Assembly: GCA_973895155.1 (NCBI GenBank)
Contig: OZ316895.1
Location: 10,776,184-10,840,183 of the forward strand
Reading direction: 5' to 3'
Source of the DNA: Marsupella aquatica
Taxonomy: Eukaryota; Plantae; Marchantiophyta
DNA: 64,000 nt
Shown: positions 21,507-36,300 of the stretch, piece after piece
Layout of the letters: every line of letters starts with the position of its first letter
Numbering within the stretch: the stretch's first letter is position 1
Position numbers and translations under genes: made by a program
Notes under the pieces: model-generated
What the model was told of the DNA's origin: nothing
Seen by the model: only the letters and a program-made list of their open reading frames with translations
Database searches by the model: none

Positions 21507-24500
21507 CATACGACCAATACCGAAACCATGAGTTAGCACTTCTCAAAAGCATTCCCGACCTAAGTTGAATCGTGTACTAAACAGACGATACACAGGAACA
21601 GATACCAAAGGAATAGAGCTGTAAAATATCATAATGCCATGATTGCACCAATGGTGACATAGCAAGTGCCACCCATAATATATATGAGATCGTGTACGAT
21701 AGCAAGAGCCACCAGTGGAGATGCTTGGACTCCAACCACGGCACCGCCAATTTGTTACAGTTCTCACAGCCAAGGTCGGAATGGCGTCGGATGTCTAAAT
21801 ACCATATTAAACAGATTGTTCGTCAATTTGACGGTCTGAGTGTCTCGTGATCTGGTCTGATTTGATTTCGTTTGGTTTGGCACGGTGTGCTTGGTGCTAC
21901 GTGCAGCGCCGCCTCTGCTTTTTGGTTGGCGTTCGTCGTTCGATCTCTTCCCGGCGGCAAGCAAGATGGATCGCCGGCTATGGCGAGTGAGCGGCAGGCA
22001 AAGAGCACCAGACCAAGCTCATAAAGCAAGCCATGAAAAGGCAAAAAGTGGCCCCCTCTCCTCTTCTGCTCTCTTTTTGCTGCTGTCGGCTCCAGACCTC
22101 TTTCCTCCAATCACAATCATCCCAAACAACAAGCACCAACGATTTCAAAGCCCCTTAATTTGGAGGCGCGGTGGTCTTCGAGTACTGTTCGATTGATCAA
22201 TTATTGTCAATGCTATGCTAAATTGGTGCTATTGTATGTCGATTCTCAGCTGCTGCTATGGTCGACGTTGTTGAAAGAGATCTCACTTCTAGGAAGACAG
22301 TTCTGCCGTCGATCTGAACCCTGCAAATGTCCAAACCTTGCATGCAGGAATCAAACAGGCGATGCTTTTCGAACATCTAGAATTACAAAATGGCTCGCTT
22401 GCAATCGCAATCATATCACATTTATCAGATTGTCTACTCGAATACGCCTACGCTGCATTAGCTTGAATTAACATCTCTCCTGGAGGTGCGCTCAGCCTCA
22501 CACTGTGGTCCGAATGAGTTCGCAGTAGCTTCCAATCTGATCAATCCGTCGGTGTCGTGTTGAGTGTGTATATACTGTATAAAGCTTACGGTGCTGAAAA
22601 TTAAGTTGAACTTGGAATCTCGGTCAACAACTGGAATCAATCTCCACGTGATATATAACTGAATGAATGCGGTATCATCCTATCCTCTCGCGCGTGCGCG
22701 TACATGTCATTGTCCATATTTTACCGGACAGAACACACACGACACTCTGGATGTCGACGCATCTGAACTTCGTTTATACGTACTACCAGCAGCAGGAACT
22801 GTTAATTGTTGATGAGGAAGATCGACAGTCATAAAATAGTTGCAAATCTTCGAACAGGACATTCATAAATCTCCCGACATGATAATTATCTCCACGCAGT
22901 CTTGTAAAGTGTAACGTGAATACAGAACAGCACAATACGGTAGCATCTCCAATTGAGCATGCATGCAGCATGCAGATTGCCCGTTTGTTAATGTTCGTTC
23001 GAGTTTTCGATATGAACTGAAGATGCTCTTTGAAATTAAACAAAAGAATCAATTGTGAGAAGCTGGGAAATATTAAGCACACTGTGACTCGATTCTGGAG
23101 TGTTTTTGTTGGACTAGAATGTGAGAAAGAGTTACCAGATCCCATAAAGAGCGCAGTAGACAACCGTTGTTAAATCTTGTTAGATTTGATGGAACTGATG
23201 TACTTATTGCATGATATGGGGAACCAGATACTTTCATGGAATGCCGGAAGTCGAGAAATTAGACAGCAGGTGCTGTGTTTTTCAGTTACTGTACATGTGT
23301 AGCCCATGATGAGTTGATGGAAGTTAGAGATTAAGACTGATAGCTTAGGAAAGTTCTCCACTATGCCCCCGACCTGCCGTGGATATGGTTTGTACCAAAA
23401 CGTCTCCAAATTTCCCTAATAGCTTGCCCTCATAGCACTTATATATCTTGTATTGTAGATGCCAGACTACCTGATTTCAGCGAGGATTTCAGCTGACCCT
23501 GTTGGTCATTTTGTCAAATTTTACGTTAAAAGTGTTCCAAGCGCTGAGTGAAGTACTAATTTCTAATATTTTATGATCCTAGAATTCATTGTAAATGGAT
23601 CAATATCTCTAAAAAGTATCAAACTTTGTAATGTAATACATTGGACATCAAAGATCATGCTCAGAAAATTTGAGCTTAAACAGATATTCAAAGCTATTAA
23701 AATAAATGGACAAATCTGTTAAAGACTACTTGTACCGTTCAACTACTTACTCCTACCTGCTCACTTAAATTAAACGGAGCATCCGATACAAGTAGTCATT
23801 GCGCCTCTAAAATATAACTCATGGCGTTGTGCAAAATAGAAGCATCATCCATTTTAAATGTGGCACCCTGTCTTAGTACTCAGGGATAGGTTCCTGCTGT
23901 GGTTGACCACATAAGGTGTTAACTGTACTTAATTACAGTACCCAAAAGGTTTTCATCCATACTTGGCAGATTGAGCCTTAAAACTTCGATTTCAGTAAAC
24001 GTTAAGTATGCAGCTTCTGTAACAGTCCACTATAGACAGTGATGCACAAAGGAGGTTCAGCCATAAAGTTTCAGTTATGGTTCCTTCTGACTAGACTTTG
24101 GTTCATCTGTTCGGGCATTTGTTACTCTTCAAGATAGAATACTTGTCTGTCAATTCGAGTTCCTTGCTTTTGGGAAATTCATTTCTTCATCTTAGTTACC
24201 CTTCCCATGATAGTTATGTATTACAAAAATGTATTCATGTTGGTCAACTCACTGTAAGTTTCTTGTTCCTCGCATTTTGGTATTGATTTTCTGTTTCTCT
24301 TTTACAATTGGTTTGTGTGCTTGTTGGGTAGCTCAAGAGACTTAACACCTCGCTTAATACATAATTATTACATTCGCAGAGCATGTGCCTGCTGGGGGGT
24401 ATTCGAGCGATTTTAATTACCCAGACATCAAGTGATGTTTGGGGAGTCACCCAAGGACTCGACGCAAACAACCATAACTAAGGCGTCAGTGAAACACTTG

Positions 24501-27500
24501 CAATGCTTGCACCGTAAGGATTGTCTAACTACTTCCCAGAATAATCAAATTTCACGCAGATATCAACAAAAATTTGCAGACAGTCTTCACATATATCCCC
24601 AGGCATTAGACCTTTCGAATTTTGCCGTTGATAGTCACAGTGACAATCGTGAGTCATATATATACAGCAAAAACGGTCCAGACAGTATTGATTCTCATAG
24701 GCCACTATAGTTATCCAATCCGAAAGTCATGTGAACTCCCGTGCGGGCTTCACTTCTTCAAATGATCACCAAAACTCTGTTCTGAGATGTTGCGACCTGA
24801 TCTGTTCACAAGCGTTCAATGAGGAAGGTCAGATGGACAGACTACTAAGAAACTTCATACAACATAGCTTCTCCGAAGTGATCACACACCATAGCGGCAA
24901 CACACGGTCCTCCCCCCTTAAACTAAACATATTGACATTCATGACGAGATATTCCCTGTAACGTAGTTTATTCCCAAAGTGATTACGGAAAGCAATCTTT
25001 CACCAAGTTATCAACGACAAAAAAATTGAAACCGTCGATGGTTACAATGCCAAATCGTCCCAATTGATCCAGGAAGTGAGGATAATACTGACTTCCAAAA
25101 TCTCCACCGTCGCGAGGTGAGTCCAGGTTCATTTGTTCTACTGTCCAGGTACTACACGACTAAGACTTGAGGATCACACTACCTACATACATCATGAGAA
25201 GGCCTCCCGCAGAGCGTTACTGCTATATGCCTTCACAGACTGCGTGCACGCTCCAACACTAAGACAAATGAGAGCCCTGGCCTTAAGAGTGGGTTGTCCA
25301 ATGGCAGTTGGTGTACGTACTGCAGACTCCCAGCGTGATGATACATGGGAACCGTCTGCAGTTGCCAGGAAAGGCCTAAACTTGGATGCACTTGGTGGCC
25401 AAAGTTTTAAAGAAGTCCCTCCGTTTATCATAGGCCTGGAAGCTAAATTTTAGGCTTAAACCTCTGGATTTGGTCTCGGAAAAGTTCTAATGACTGTCCG
25501 TCTGCTAGTTCTTGCAAGCTTCCTTGAGGCCAAGGATGGGACATAATTGTAGGGTAACCCATTCCTCAAGGGGGATATATACAAGCCATGGGCTGTACCC
25601 GAAGAGCGGATAGATGACCACGCATACAGTAATCCAACAAGTGAGTATCGGAAAATCATGCTTGGAGAGAGCGGCAACACTGCTCTGCACCACTAGCGCA
25701 GAGCTTCAAGTCAGGGAATCGACGCTGGCAAGCCAGGGAGTTTTGGCCCATAACCTTCAATATAATTATGTAAATACTAAGGAAGTTAAGGAGTATTTAC
25801 TTAGTGAGAAAATGGCCGCCTAGCTTCCATTGACAATAAGTGGCCCCGACTTTTGTGTGGGGGCTCACGACACCTATATTGGGATGCTCTTACTACTATT
25901 TCAAGCTATGACTGCTGACTTGCCCAACCCTTTCAGAACGTAACTCTATCATTCGATAAATATACATATTGATCCTGTAATTGACTTTACTACATGGGAT
26001 TTCCCAGCATTCTCACGTACTATTTACAAAAACGCAGAAATTAAAGTCTTCCCCTCTGCTAAACTACAATTGTCTTTTGAATTAAAGTCAGATCTGACTG
26101 ATAGATGCCGAGTGCATGCCTGAAAGAAACACTATATACGGGTGACTCACGAATGTAATTATCGAATTCATACTAATATCACTTTCCTGGTCACTCTAGT
26201 CTGTTGTTACTCCATTGAACCATCTATTTGTCACTTTGGATATATTCCATGAGAACACGGGAAGCCGTCTGAAAAAGCTACCATTAATGTCTGTTAATTT
26301 TGATATTATCTTATGTTTGTCACATATGCTATGGAGTGACCCAGCCCTCACATCCAAACATGCTTTTTTATCACATACTCTATGTACTCAAACCTAGTCT
26401 CCCCTTGTCTCAAAACCAAAAACATTATGCCTTGTCACAATATTATGTATAGGGTTAAGGCCAGTGCTATCCCTTTACATATGGAACATTACAGTCAACT
26501 GTTTACTGCCATAGTGAATACCCAGCTACACCGCTGGCAAAAACAATCGGCTATCGGACGGACAGTACATTAGTAATTGATGACTGTTTTAGATGAGATA
26601 GAATCCTTGAAAAAGTGCTTATGTATCAGCATATGAGTGAACCAAAAAGTGAATGGAAGCCCAGAAGACCTTAACGCTGTATGATGAAGGTGGCGCCCTG
26701 TGTTTCCTTGGATCTCCTTGTATTTGTCTGTGTGGACAGACAGAAGGAACGGTCTAGAGCCCTCATTAGCTCAAGAATCCATAATTATTAAACTACACTG
26801 ATGTGCATGAATTGAAGAAACTGGCAGAGCAGTTTCTGGAGACGAGATATCTCTAGCATATCTTAGAATCGCGAAATATTATACTTGCATCGGAGGGGGG
26901 TGTGTGGGAGGTGGGAAGGGCAGGATCAAGGATGGTTTTTGTCACTCCTCCTTCATCCTTGCCCCGCTCCCTTTTTCCATCCATGCATCGGAGGGGCTGG
27001 TATTGAGCCCTTCATCTAGCCTCTCCCTCCCATTTCACTTCAATCCATGTGCCTTCCCTCCCATCTCTCCTCTATCCTAATTGCCCCTCCTCCTTTCCCT
27101 TTTTTTTGGTGCCTTGCCCTCTCCGGTTTTCTTCCCATTCTTTATCACATAAACATCACTCCAATGTTGTAAGACAACCATGAGACTATTTACCATAGTT
27201 TGTGGGTGCAGCCAGGGGGTGCAGAAGTCTTGTCATTGTGGTTCGGTGGTTGTTGAATTAATTGCTGAAAATTAAGATGTCATCATTTTGGCTGCATTTT
27301 GGTCATAATTATTGTTGTTGTGAAAGTGTTATTGTCAAGGAGACCAATGATTGTCAGGGTGCAAGGATGCAAATAAGTGATGGTGGGCACCCTGTACCAA
27401 AGTTTTCTTTCTTTTGATTGTTTTTCTTTAAATTTTCAATGTGTATTTTAAGTTTCAAAGATTTCAAAGCTAGTCTTTGAAAAAAAATCCGATAAAAAAA

Positions 27501-29677
27501 ATTTAAAACTTATTTTCATCACAGGAAGGAAGAGGGCAGCTTGGACAATGACGTGCACATACACATCACTACACATTCAACATGCTTTGTTCAAATATCA
27601 CACACACATATATCCATCCATAATTATTGATGGCCACAATCTAACATCACAAACACATTCAAGAAAATGGGATACAAGTGAAACTAGCTCATGTCCATAC
27701 ACAGTCATGCACCTGGGTCATGCACAAAACTCACATAATATTCAATGAATCAAATGTCACCAATTGGTACCAACAATGAAGAACCTATCCTGTCTGACAC
27801 AATCACACACATATGAGAGGCAAATGCATCATTCTTGCTGTAATCCAATTGAAAGGAATCCACATTACATACACACGACTTGGTCAGAGCCCCAAACTAG
27901 GCATAAATTTCTAAAGTTTCTAATGTTTTAAGAAGATCAGTTTTGTTTTACAAGAGGGTTCTAACTCCTGTTCTAACTTTTTACAAACTATTTACTTTTC
28001 TACAGGTTGGCATCCAATCAAGACATCCAATTGGTTATTTTGTTTTCCCCCATTATGTGATTATAAAATTTATGTTTCAAATATTTTATCCTTTACAATT
28101 GTTGGGCCTAGTCATTTTTCCTTGCCTTGCATCAAACACAAACAATTGTGTCTCTTTCTTGATGTTGAGAACTTCATTGTTCCTGTTTGTGACCAAATGG
28201 GATGATGTGGCATCATGTGGTTGGAAAGAACTTCCCATGGGGTCTCATAAAGTGTCCACTTTGAGCAAAGAATAGATAAAACATATATGTTTGTCTGTTG
28301 CCACTGTCAGGTTAGACTGTCATCACAGTTTTCACTTGTCACTTGCAAATCATGCTTTGGCAAGTCTTCGGTCAAATTCCGTGTGCTCCAGTCTTATATT
28401 CATAGTACTTTCACTTTTCCAAATCTCGTCCAAGAAAGTAGTCCAACAAGAAGAGAATGGGAACTCACAAAAAAATGTAAACACTCCAAAGCGAGTATCC
28501 TTGTGATGTTTCTCATTATGTATAGTTTGTTTGTTTAATATTAAATGGATGAAAAGTTAGAAGATATTTATATCAAAAATTTGAATTTTTCTTATTTATA
28601 TCCAGGAACTTCTTCCTCATGCACATTTGCCCACTTTAGGCATTGCTACAAAGGCTTTGGATGAGTTAACTTGTTTGGAACTGAATTTTAAGTGAATTGG
28701 GACCACCATTATGGAATGATCAAAGGGAGGACACACGTACTTCAATGGGATAGGATTTCTGTCACTTTACATTGTGTGCTCGAGTCTAATGCTCCATATT
28801 ATTTACTTACATATATCAATGGGATTCCTTGGTTTACGTGCTTGGCTTTTTGTCCAAGCCAATGTGTCATTTGACCTATCCTTCTGACCTCTTGGGAAGC
28901 GTACATTTACAGTTGCACTATTTGACTGTCTCCTTGAATCAAAGTGACTCAACTTCTTCCTCGCTTTCCTCTTGTACTCTTCCCTCTTGTGAAGCCTTAG
29001 AAAGTTTATTCTTTCTATGAGCTCGTCGCCTAATCTCCATATTATATGGCTCCTTAAAGAAGGTGTGTAGTCACTCAGTGACTTCGGTCAATAAGAACCA
29101 ATTGAATTCATTGACTCCACGTCTTTATTGTGCTTAATTGGCTCCAGGCAAGAGTCCCCTTCTTTGGTCATGGGAGTACTCATGGAATCTTTGGATTCTG
29201 CCCCTTAAGAGGATTTGTTTTTTCCTACTGGCTCTTCTTCGGTTAGTATATTTTGGGAATATTCAGCCTTGCCCTTTAGAGTACTTTTGCAGTTTTTGAC
29301 TTTGCACCGCCATGGAGAAAGACTCAAGGAATAATTTGGGTTTATAGCTTTTCAACCAGGAAGATTCAAGTGCGAAGCTTTCTATCTCACCCCTCTATGT
29401 GATGGCCACCGGGATCCCTGGAATCTGGCTCCTCCTTTGATTTGGGGCGCATCCATGGTGAGGAAACCTTAGGATCTGGTATTTCCTAAAGCACATTCAA
29501 ACAACTTTTTTAAGAAGGGGCCAAAGAGGACAATTAGAAAGAGGCACAAAGGAAGTCAACATCATTCTTTACATCCATCAACTTCCTCTTGATGTTAGAA
29601 ACTGCGAGGAAATTGCCAGGGTTGGAGTTTGCATAATTGCCAAGGTCCTAAGAAAAAAATACTCTTAATATGGCACT

Positions 29678-29980
29678 CTAGGGGTCTCACTATATGGAGG
29701 CCTCCTCATCATGTACTACATTTTTAGGCCTCAGACCCCCTAAAATGTAAGTTTTTTAAAATAAAAATAAACCCCTATAAAATTGGAAGATTCTTGAAAT
29801 ATTAAAAAAACATTGATTAAAAAGACTATAATGTTCTCATAAATCTCAAAATTATATTTAAAAGACCCTATAATTGTTTTTTTCTGAAAAAATTCTTAAG
29901 TGTTCTCTTAGAACCAATAAAATTATCCTATCCTCCGTTGCAAGTGATGTGCCATTTTTGTGGGAACTGAAACCCCCAAG
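29678..29980 (-). mobile_element. MITE copy 4, close to the reverse complement of copy 2
   Basis: Ends CTAGGGGTCTCACT / ACTGAAACCCCCAAG; degraded TSD ATGGCACT vs ACGACACT. Confidence 0.85.
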
Positions 29981-31599
29981 ACGACACTATAGACACTCTG
30001 ATACACTATCCCGCCAAAAAGCTTGGTTGTCTAGTTACAAAACACAATTAAGGCGGGAGCCAATCCTCTCCCTTCTCAAAAACTATTTTTGTCGTTGGTC
30101 AGATCCACCCATACACTCCTCCTACCTCAACTATATGTTGTTACATCATTCTGTTTTCCTTGTACCAAGCTTAGTGGTTAACAAAATTGATCAATGTTAG
30201 GGTCATTGGATTGTTCATTGGAAAGCTAAATAATTTCAAAAACTCATGATGTCCTCAATATTTGACAAATTCTCCCAATGTCATGCTCACTGGAAAGTTG
30301 GAGAAATTCAGAAATCTATGATCTCCTTAGCACTTGACAAAGTATGCTTGAAAGTATGGCAATGTTAGCATTACTGGAAAGCAAATTTAAAATGTGTCTA
30401 AGTGTTTAAGCACAGAATCAAGGGTTGACTGAGAGACAAGTGAAAAGTCTGAATAACAGGTTTTGGCTCAAGACATAACTTTCTAGCCTTTCAAGGAAGT
30501 AATCTGTGAGCTCTTTCATGCTAAAGACTTCTAGCAAGTTAGGGTCATTGGAAAAGTTAACTTTTTCGAAACATCTAAGAATGTTACACATGAAAGGTAT
30601 TATCAAGAGATGAGTGAGAAATTTAGCTTCAATGATCTAACTTGAAGGTGGAAGAGATTCGGAACTAGGGGGAGATGGAGATCAGATGCCTTCATTGGAG
30701 ATCCAAATGGCTTCATTGTCTGGGTTACTCAGTTAATTAGCCCATCTAAATGGGTTTCGTCTTCTAGGTGGCTCCATGAGCCCACAATCATGCTCTTTTC
30801 ACCCTGCTTTTTGCATGATCATAGTAAATGCAAGTGGTCACAAAGGACTGTGCAATAGGGCACACAACCTTGATACAACACTTAATATTAAGACATTGCC
30901 AAGGAACCTGCCTCTCTAATTGCGTTGAAGAACACTAGAGGGATCTACTAAGAAACTGCTTTTATTTTTATACTTTCCTGTCTTGTTTTTGTCCCAGTTT
31001 GATTGCACCATATCTACAACTATAATACTGAATCCTGCCTAATTTTGGTCTTCGACTGGTTACAAAAATCAGAAAAGGTGGGATCCAATCTTGATTGTCC
31101 ATTTAACAGATTGTTTTTTCCCATCATCAGATGCAAACAAAACCATATCATTGGGCATATTATTGTCTCTTCTGTCTCACACAACTTAGCATGGTAGGAG
31201 GTTCAAGGTACACCTGCCCAAAGTACATGTGCATAGGGCAAAAGGCTATTGTATACATGCCCACAATAAATGCACATAGGACAAAGGTACCTGAAGGTAC
31301 CATGAATATGGGTTGTACTAGAATATAACTAGAATGTACAACCAATTCTAAATTATGCTCCCATAAAAATATGAAGCTATGCACATGATGGGGAGGGTAG
31401 AGAGAAACTAGTTGGGAGAAAGAAAAGGGGGAAGCGGAGAAAGGAAAATCCAAGGAAAAGAGGAAAAGTTAGGGCACAAAGAGATATTAAAATGTGGGAA
31501 AATAGGAGAAAGGGAGAAAAAGAGAATTTAGGATTATTTTTTATGCCTCTAAATATTTTTAAAATTTACATAATTAGATATTTGTAAATATATTGTGCC

Positions 31600-31935
31600 A
31601 AAATGATGAGATTTTCACACCCACATGATTTTCTCATCTCGCTATCTTTTCCTCACATTGATATCTTTATCACACCATGACATCTTTCCCCCACCCTTGA
31701 CATCTTTTCTCTTTTCTCTTGATATCTTGTTCTCACCTCAACAACTTCTATTTTTCTCACCTTGACATCTTTATCCAGTACACCAGGACACCTTTCCCTC
31801 ACCCTCAACATTTTTTTCTCTCCTTAACATCTTTCCTCATCTTTATATATTTTTCTCGCATTGTCATCTTTGTCTCATCTCAACATCTTTTCTCACCTCA
31901 ACAACTTTTATGCAACTAACAGGCATTAGGCTAGT
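31600..31935 (+). mobile_element. Non-autonomous Helitron-like fragment (CTTGACATCTT repeats followed by a 3' end)
   Basis: Array of (CT)TGACATCTTT units, then TGCAACTAACAGGCATTAGGCTAGT, resembling a decayed Helitron 3' hairpin plus CTAG|T. A sister copy lies at 47100-47423. Confidence 0.45.
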
Positions 31936-33351
31936 GCTTCTATAATATCTATGAACAAATATTGTATCTACCTTAGCATAAAGAGCCACTTGCCATGACA
32001 AAAACCTGGTTCCTCCAGATTTTACCATTTTTACTAATTTTTCCTGAAATTGTGGAACAAAGTCTCACTGCAGAGGAGAAATATGTGAAGAAAGGAAAAG
32101 TATTGGACACTTCTCCTATTATAAGACCAGTGTTGGGTTGGATGTGAAAAATGGAGAAGTCTTGGACACTTCTCCTTTTATATAGCCAGTGGTGGCTTAA
32201 ATAAGGGATGAATATCTCAATCAACTTGCAACACAATATATGCAACCGTAAGTATAGTCGAACAATGCATATATTGTCCAAATTTAGGGTAAATATTTAG
32301 GTCCAAATTTAATCTGTTGGGACACTGCTACGATGTGAATCCTACATATTTAAGGATGACCCCAGTGGAGAGTATCAGGACATCCAGTAATTGAGTTGCT
32401 AATTATCATTCACCAGATGTCCTAATATTTTAGTCCTGATATTTAAAGTGATCTTTTCCCTTGTTTTGCATCGAATTAGAATCTTGCAAAAGGAGATCGA
32501 CTGCATGTAGCACATAGACCTGGAGTGCCCCCCAATTTGTCTCAATGACAAGGACAAGAATCCTAAGCAAATCTTGATTTGTGAACAGAAAGCAAATCAC
32601 GCAAAACAATGGACAAGGTATGTAGCTTGTGGCTTAACTAGAGACATTTTTCAACAGGATAACACAACTTTGAATCAGGAAAAATACCCTATAATTCCTT
32701 TTCAAGCGCACACATGGGCTGCCAACATCGAGGTAAGCCCTCCAAGCACTGATCCACACGGATACTTGTTAGGATTAAAAAATAGGGTTTACCAATGGTT
32801 ATTACGTGGGAGCTTATGACTCCCCATTGGTTGGTACACTATAAAACCTTTTCAGATCTGAGGTGCAAAGTGAGACTCTGAAGAGACCAGCCAATTTTGA
32901 ACGTTTCCTGATTCTTTGATGGACCCTCAAAGACTGTCAGGTCTCAGCTAGACAGATGAACACATCAACTGAGCAAAATGAAAGTTTAGGATCCCACTTG
33001 GCAGTAGAATCCCACTGCAGTCGAACTTCAATGTTGCACTCTTCACACCCTTACATGAAATGACTGCAATAGTAGACAACACAGCTCAGGACCAGCTGGT
33101 AACTGCTAACAGATATCCACATTAATGGCGTCTACTACACGGTACAAAGCATGTACAACTCAAACGACCACAAGGCCTATTTACACCCTTCTGCATAATG
33201 AAAGACTAAGGAAAACTGGCCCTTACTACCAGCCAAACAGGGTTGACAGATATCCTAACACTTTGTGCTATGAACAAGGATTCGGCATATGTACAGAGGA
33301 AACTCAGAGGCCCAGGGTTTAATATCCAGCGCTAATGTCCTACACCTGCAG

Positions 33352-36300
33352 TTACGAATCTTTTGGTGCAGCCGGTTTGAAAAATGATTTGATGGAGGGC
33401 GTTATATTACTGGCTCCACGCAGCTTCTTTACTGGACCGCCCTTCTTGGATACATTGTTTGCAGCTGCAAAATCAGTCATCTTTCTGGGAACTGCCTTGC
33501 TACTCAAACAACGACCTTCACCATCCAACTGGGCTGGTGGATTTGACGATGCAACTCGTGTTTTAGTACTGACGTCGTTAAGGGTTTGCTTCCCTTCAAA
33601 CTGACTGTTTGGAGGGAGAATGTCACTCACTGCTTTTAGACTTTTACACAACTCCACCGATGGCACAGGGGTAGTAGGGCTAAGGTGAGGCTCATCCAAA
33701 GGTTCATCTGAAGTTGGGTGATTCATTTTGTCGTCATCTCCCATCACAGCAGATGAGTCTCCCGACGGAGCTTGACTTTTAGTTTCAAGGTTTTCAGGGT
33801 TTCCTGAGGTGAGTGGAAGACAAGTCGAGTCGTCTGTGCTCTCATGAGACTGTCTAAGATTTGGAGACTGTTGAACTTTCGATACAGCCATGAACATTGA
33901 GTGTAGCCTGTTATTGGGTTTCTGTACTAACTTCCAGTCAAAGACTAGCTCCTTTGGGAGCCTTTGAACAAGTCTCTTAGCGTTGATCAAGGGTTGATCT
34001 TCCCAGTCTGTACCCCACATGAAGTAGATGGGACCCTGCATCATATGATTACAATACAAACTAAAAATTAAGCTTGTCGCCAAAGGTACATGATTACAAT
34101 AGACATTAAGCTTCTCTTCAAAAGTACAGAGACCGAGAAAGAATCCATGTAAGGTGCACATGTTTATGCTTATCGACTGAGCAGACTTCGTTGCCTTGAA
34201 TGGAATCTTGTGGACGGTTTGATTGAGCGCACATGGATTTAGATGATGATCATACCAATAAGCCAGGAGGAAGCTGAGAAACAAGTCGAGTTTCCCAGCC
34301 CTGTAACTCTTCGTCTGACAACACCCTCTGAGTCCCCTGCATTACGCAAGTTGACCGTGTTACAGACCAACTTGCTAGAGAAGTCTACATCTCACATCCT
34401 GTGACCCTTCAGTACCTGCAAGGGTAAATTAAAGATCCAACCTCACCAAGATGGGTAGACTTTCTATAATTAACAAAATTCTCATCTTAAATAACATGGG
34501 TAAAGGTCGATATTCTTCAGAGAAAGCTCCCACGAAACCTATTCTTGACCCAATGACCTACCTCTCGTCGGTGTACTCGGATATAGAGGAAATCCGGATG
34601 ATTGGAAGGCCATGCCACCGGTAAGACCACTCTTTCCTGGTCATTCCAGAGTTGGTCAGCTTTTTAAATCATCAACCATTCTTATGACTTGGATATAAGT
34701 GCAGCAACAACAGCTAGAAAGCGTAAAGCAAAATGAGGCATAGAAGAGAATCCCTGAATTTGAAGGACCTACCTGGCCAGGAGGAAGACCTGTCTGCTCA
34801 CGATCCCTCTGAAAGGTCTCGTGCCTCAGCTCGTCCTGCAATTTTTTCACGATCTAAAAATGTCAAAATTAGGACAACATGACAAACGAAAGAAAATCCA
34901 GAGAAAATGGTAATGCTCTAATGGCCAGTACAATGATATCGCAACGTCATACTTAAAAGAGGACATCGAATAGTAATCTTGAGAGTGCAAAGACCTCCAT
35001 TTTCTGGGTAACAAACAAAAAAAGAGTCCCAGGCAGCTGAGCCGTTCAGATCCGATTAGATGGATTATGTGAAAGGAACATCTGAAGCCTAGCCCTTCAA
35101 GAAGAATCACAAAAAAAAGAGCTGACACTGATGACTGGTTTTCGTGTGACCAACGTAGCCGGTAACACTCCAATAAATCTGCGACATATTTGCAGCCCTT
35201 TAAGAGAACTACAAGAAAGAGTTCAAGGGAACGTACAGCAGCAATCAATGCAATGTTATTAGATGTCAGCCAACCTCCTGTTTTACGCATTTGTTCACCG
35301 ATGACCCAATCTCGGGAACGGAATTCGACAGCCTGAAGCACAGCCAAACCGCGCCTGGGGAATCAGTCTTGGGTGATCGCTCAAAACCGAGTTCAGGAAA
35401 ACAGAAATCTCCTCAGCCCGTCATTGCAATGTTAAAAACAAAAGATCATACCATAGGATATCTGGAGTCCAGATTTTTCCGGCACCAGAGCACATGGGCA
35501 TGATTCTGCTCCGATGGTTTGAAAGTTAGATGGAACTGTACAAATTAGCCACAAATTGCTGATCAGCAATGAGTATCTATCACTAGAAGACTTGAGCTCA
35601 ATAAAAGACACCAGAAAATACTGGGAGAGAATTCACGCTCATATGTGTGCAGAAGGGCCAGTGACATCCGGTGTATGCAAAAGATGGGGAAACAGGCCAG
35701 TGCAGGCTTGCAACAGGTCTAGAAACTCTCTTAACCAGGCGCCTAGGCCAAAGCCTGCAAACCACACACACACACACCTGAAACACAACAACCCCGAGAC
35801 GTCCAGCCTGGTAAGCTGGCTGAAGGGCGGAGTTGAATATGCCCCACAATTCGTCCCTGTAGAAATCAGAGCAAAAGGTGATGTGACCTTGTTTACCGTT
35901 GTCATACATAAAAAAAAAATCCAACCAGAAAAGAAAAGAAAAGAAAAGAACCTTAATTCACTCGGGAGGTCATACAATCTGACGTTTGGATCATCTGATG
36001 GCCCAAGCTGGTTTTTGATCTTGTAAGGCAAGGTTGTGACGGCACCTGATTTACTGAAAACAAAAATTACGAAAATGATTAGAGCTTTAAACTGGACGCA
36101 TAGACATAATTATGTTGGGCGATTACGAGATCATGATAAATGATCTTGCTCATTAATGCAAAGAATAGAAACATGTGCAAGAGAACAGAAGTATCAAGTA
36201 GAAGCTCGACCTGCAGAATAGCCCAAATGCCTTGAAATGGAACAGGAACCCCGGGATCACAGCATTTACCCATCGGCCAACTGAAACGGGAGAGGGAATT

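Noticed and set aside
25130-25872. Possible solo LTR (minus strand, TGTCGTGAG start)
   Set aside because: No matching opposite terminus or TSD could be identified.
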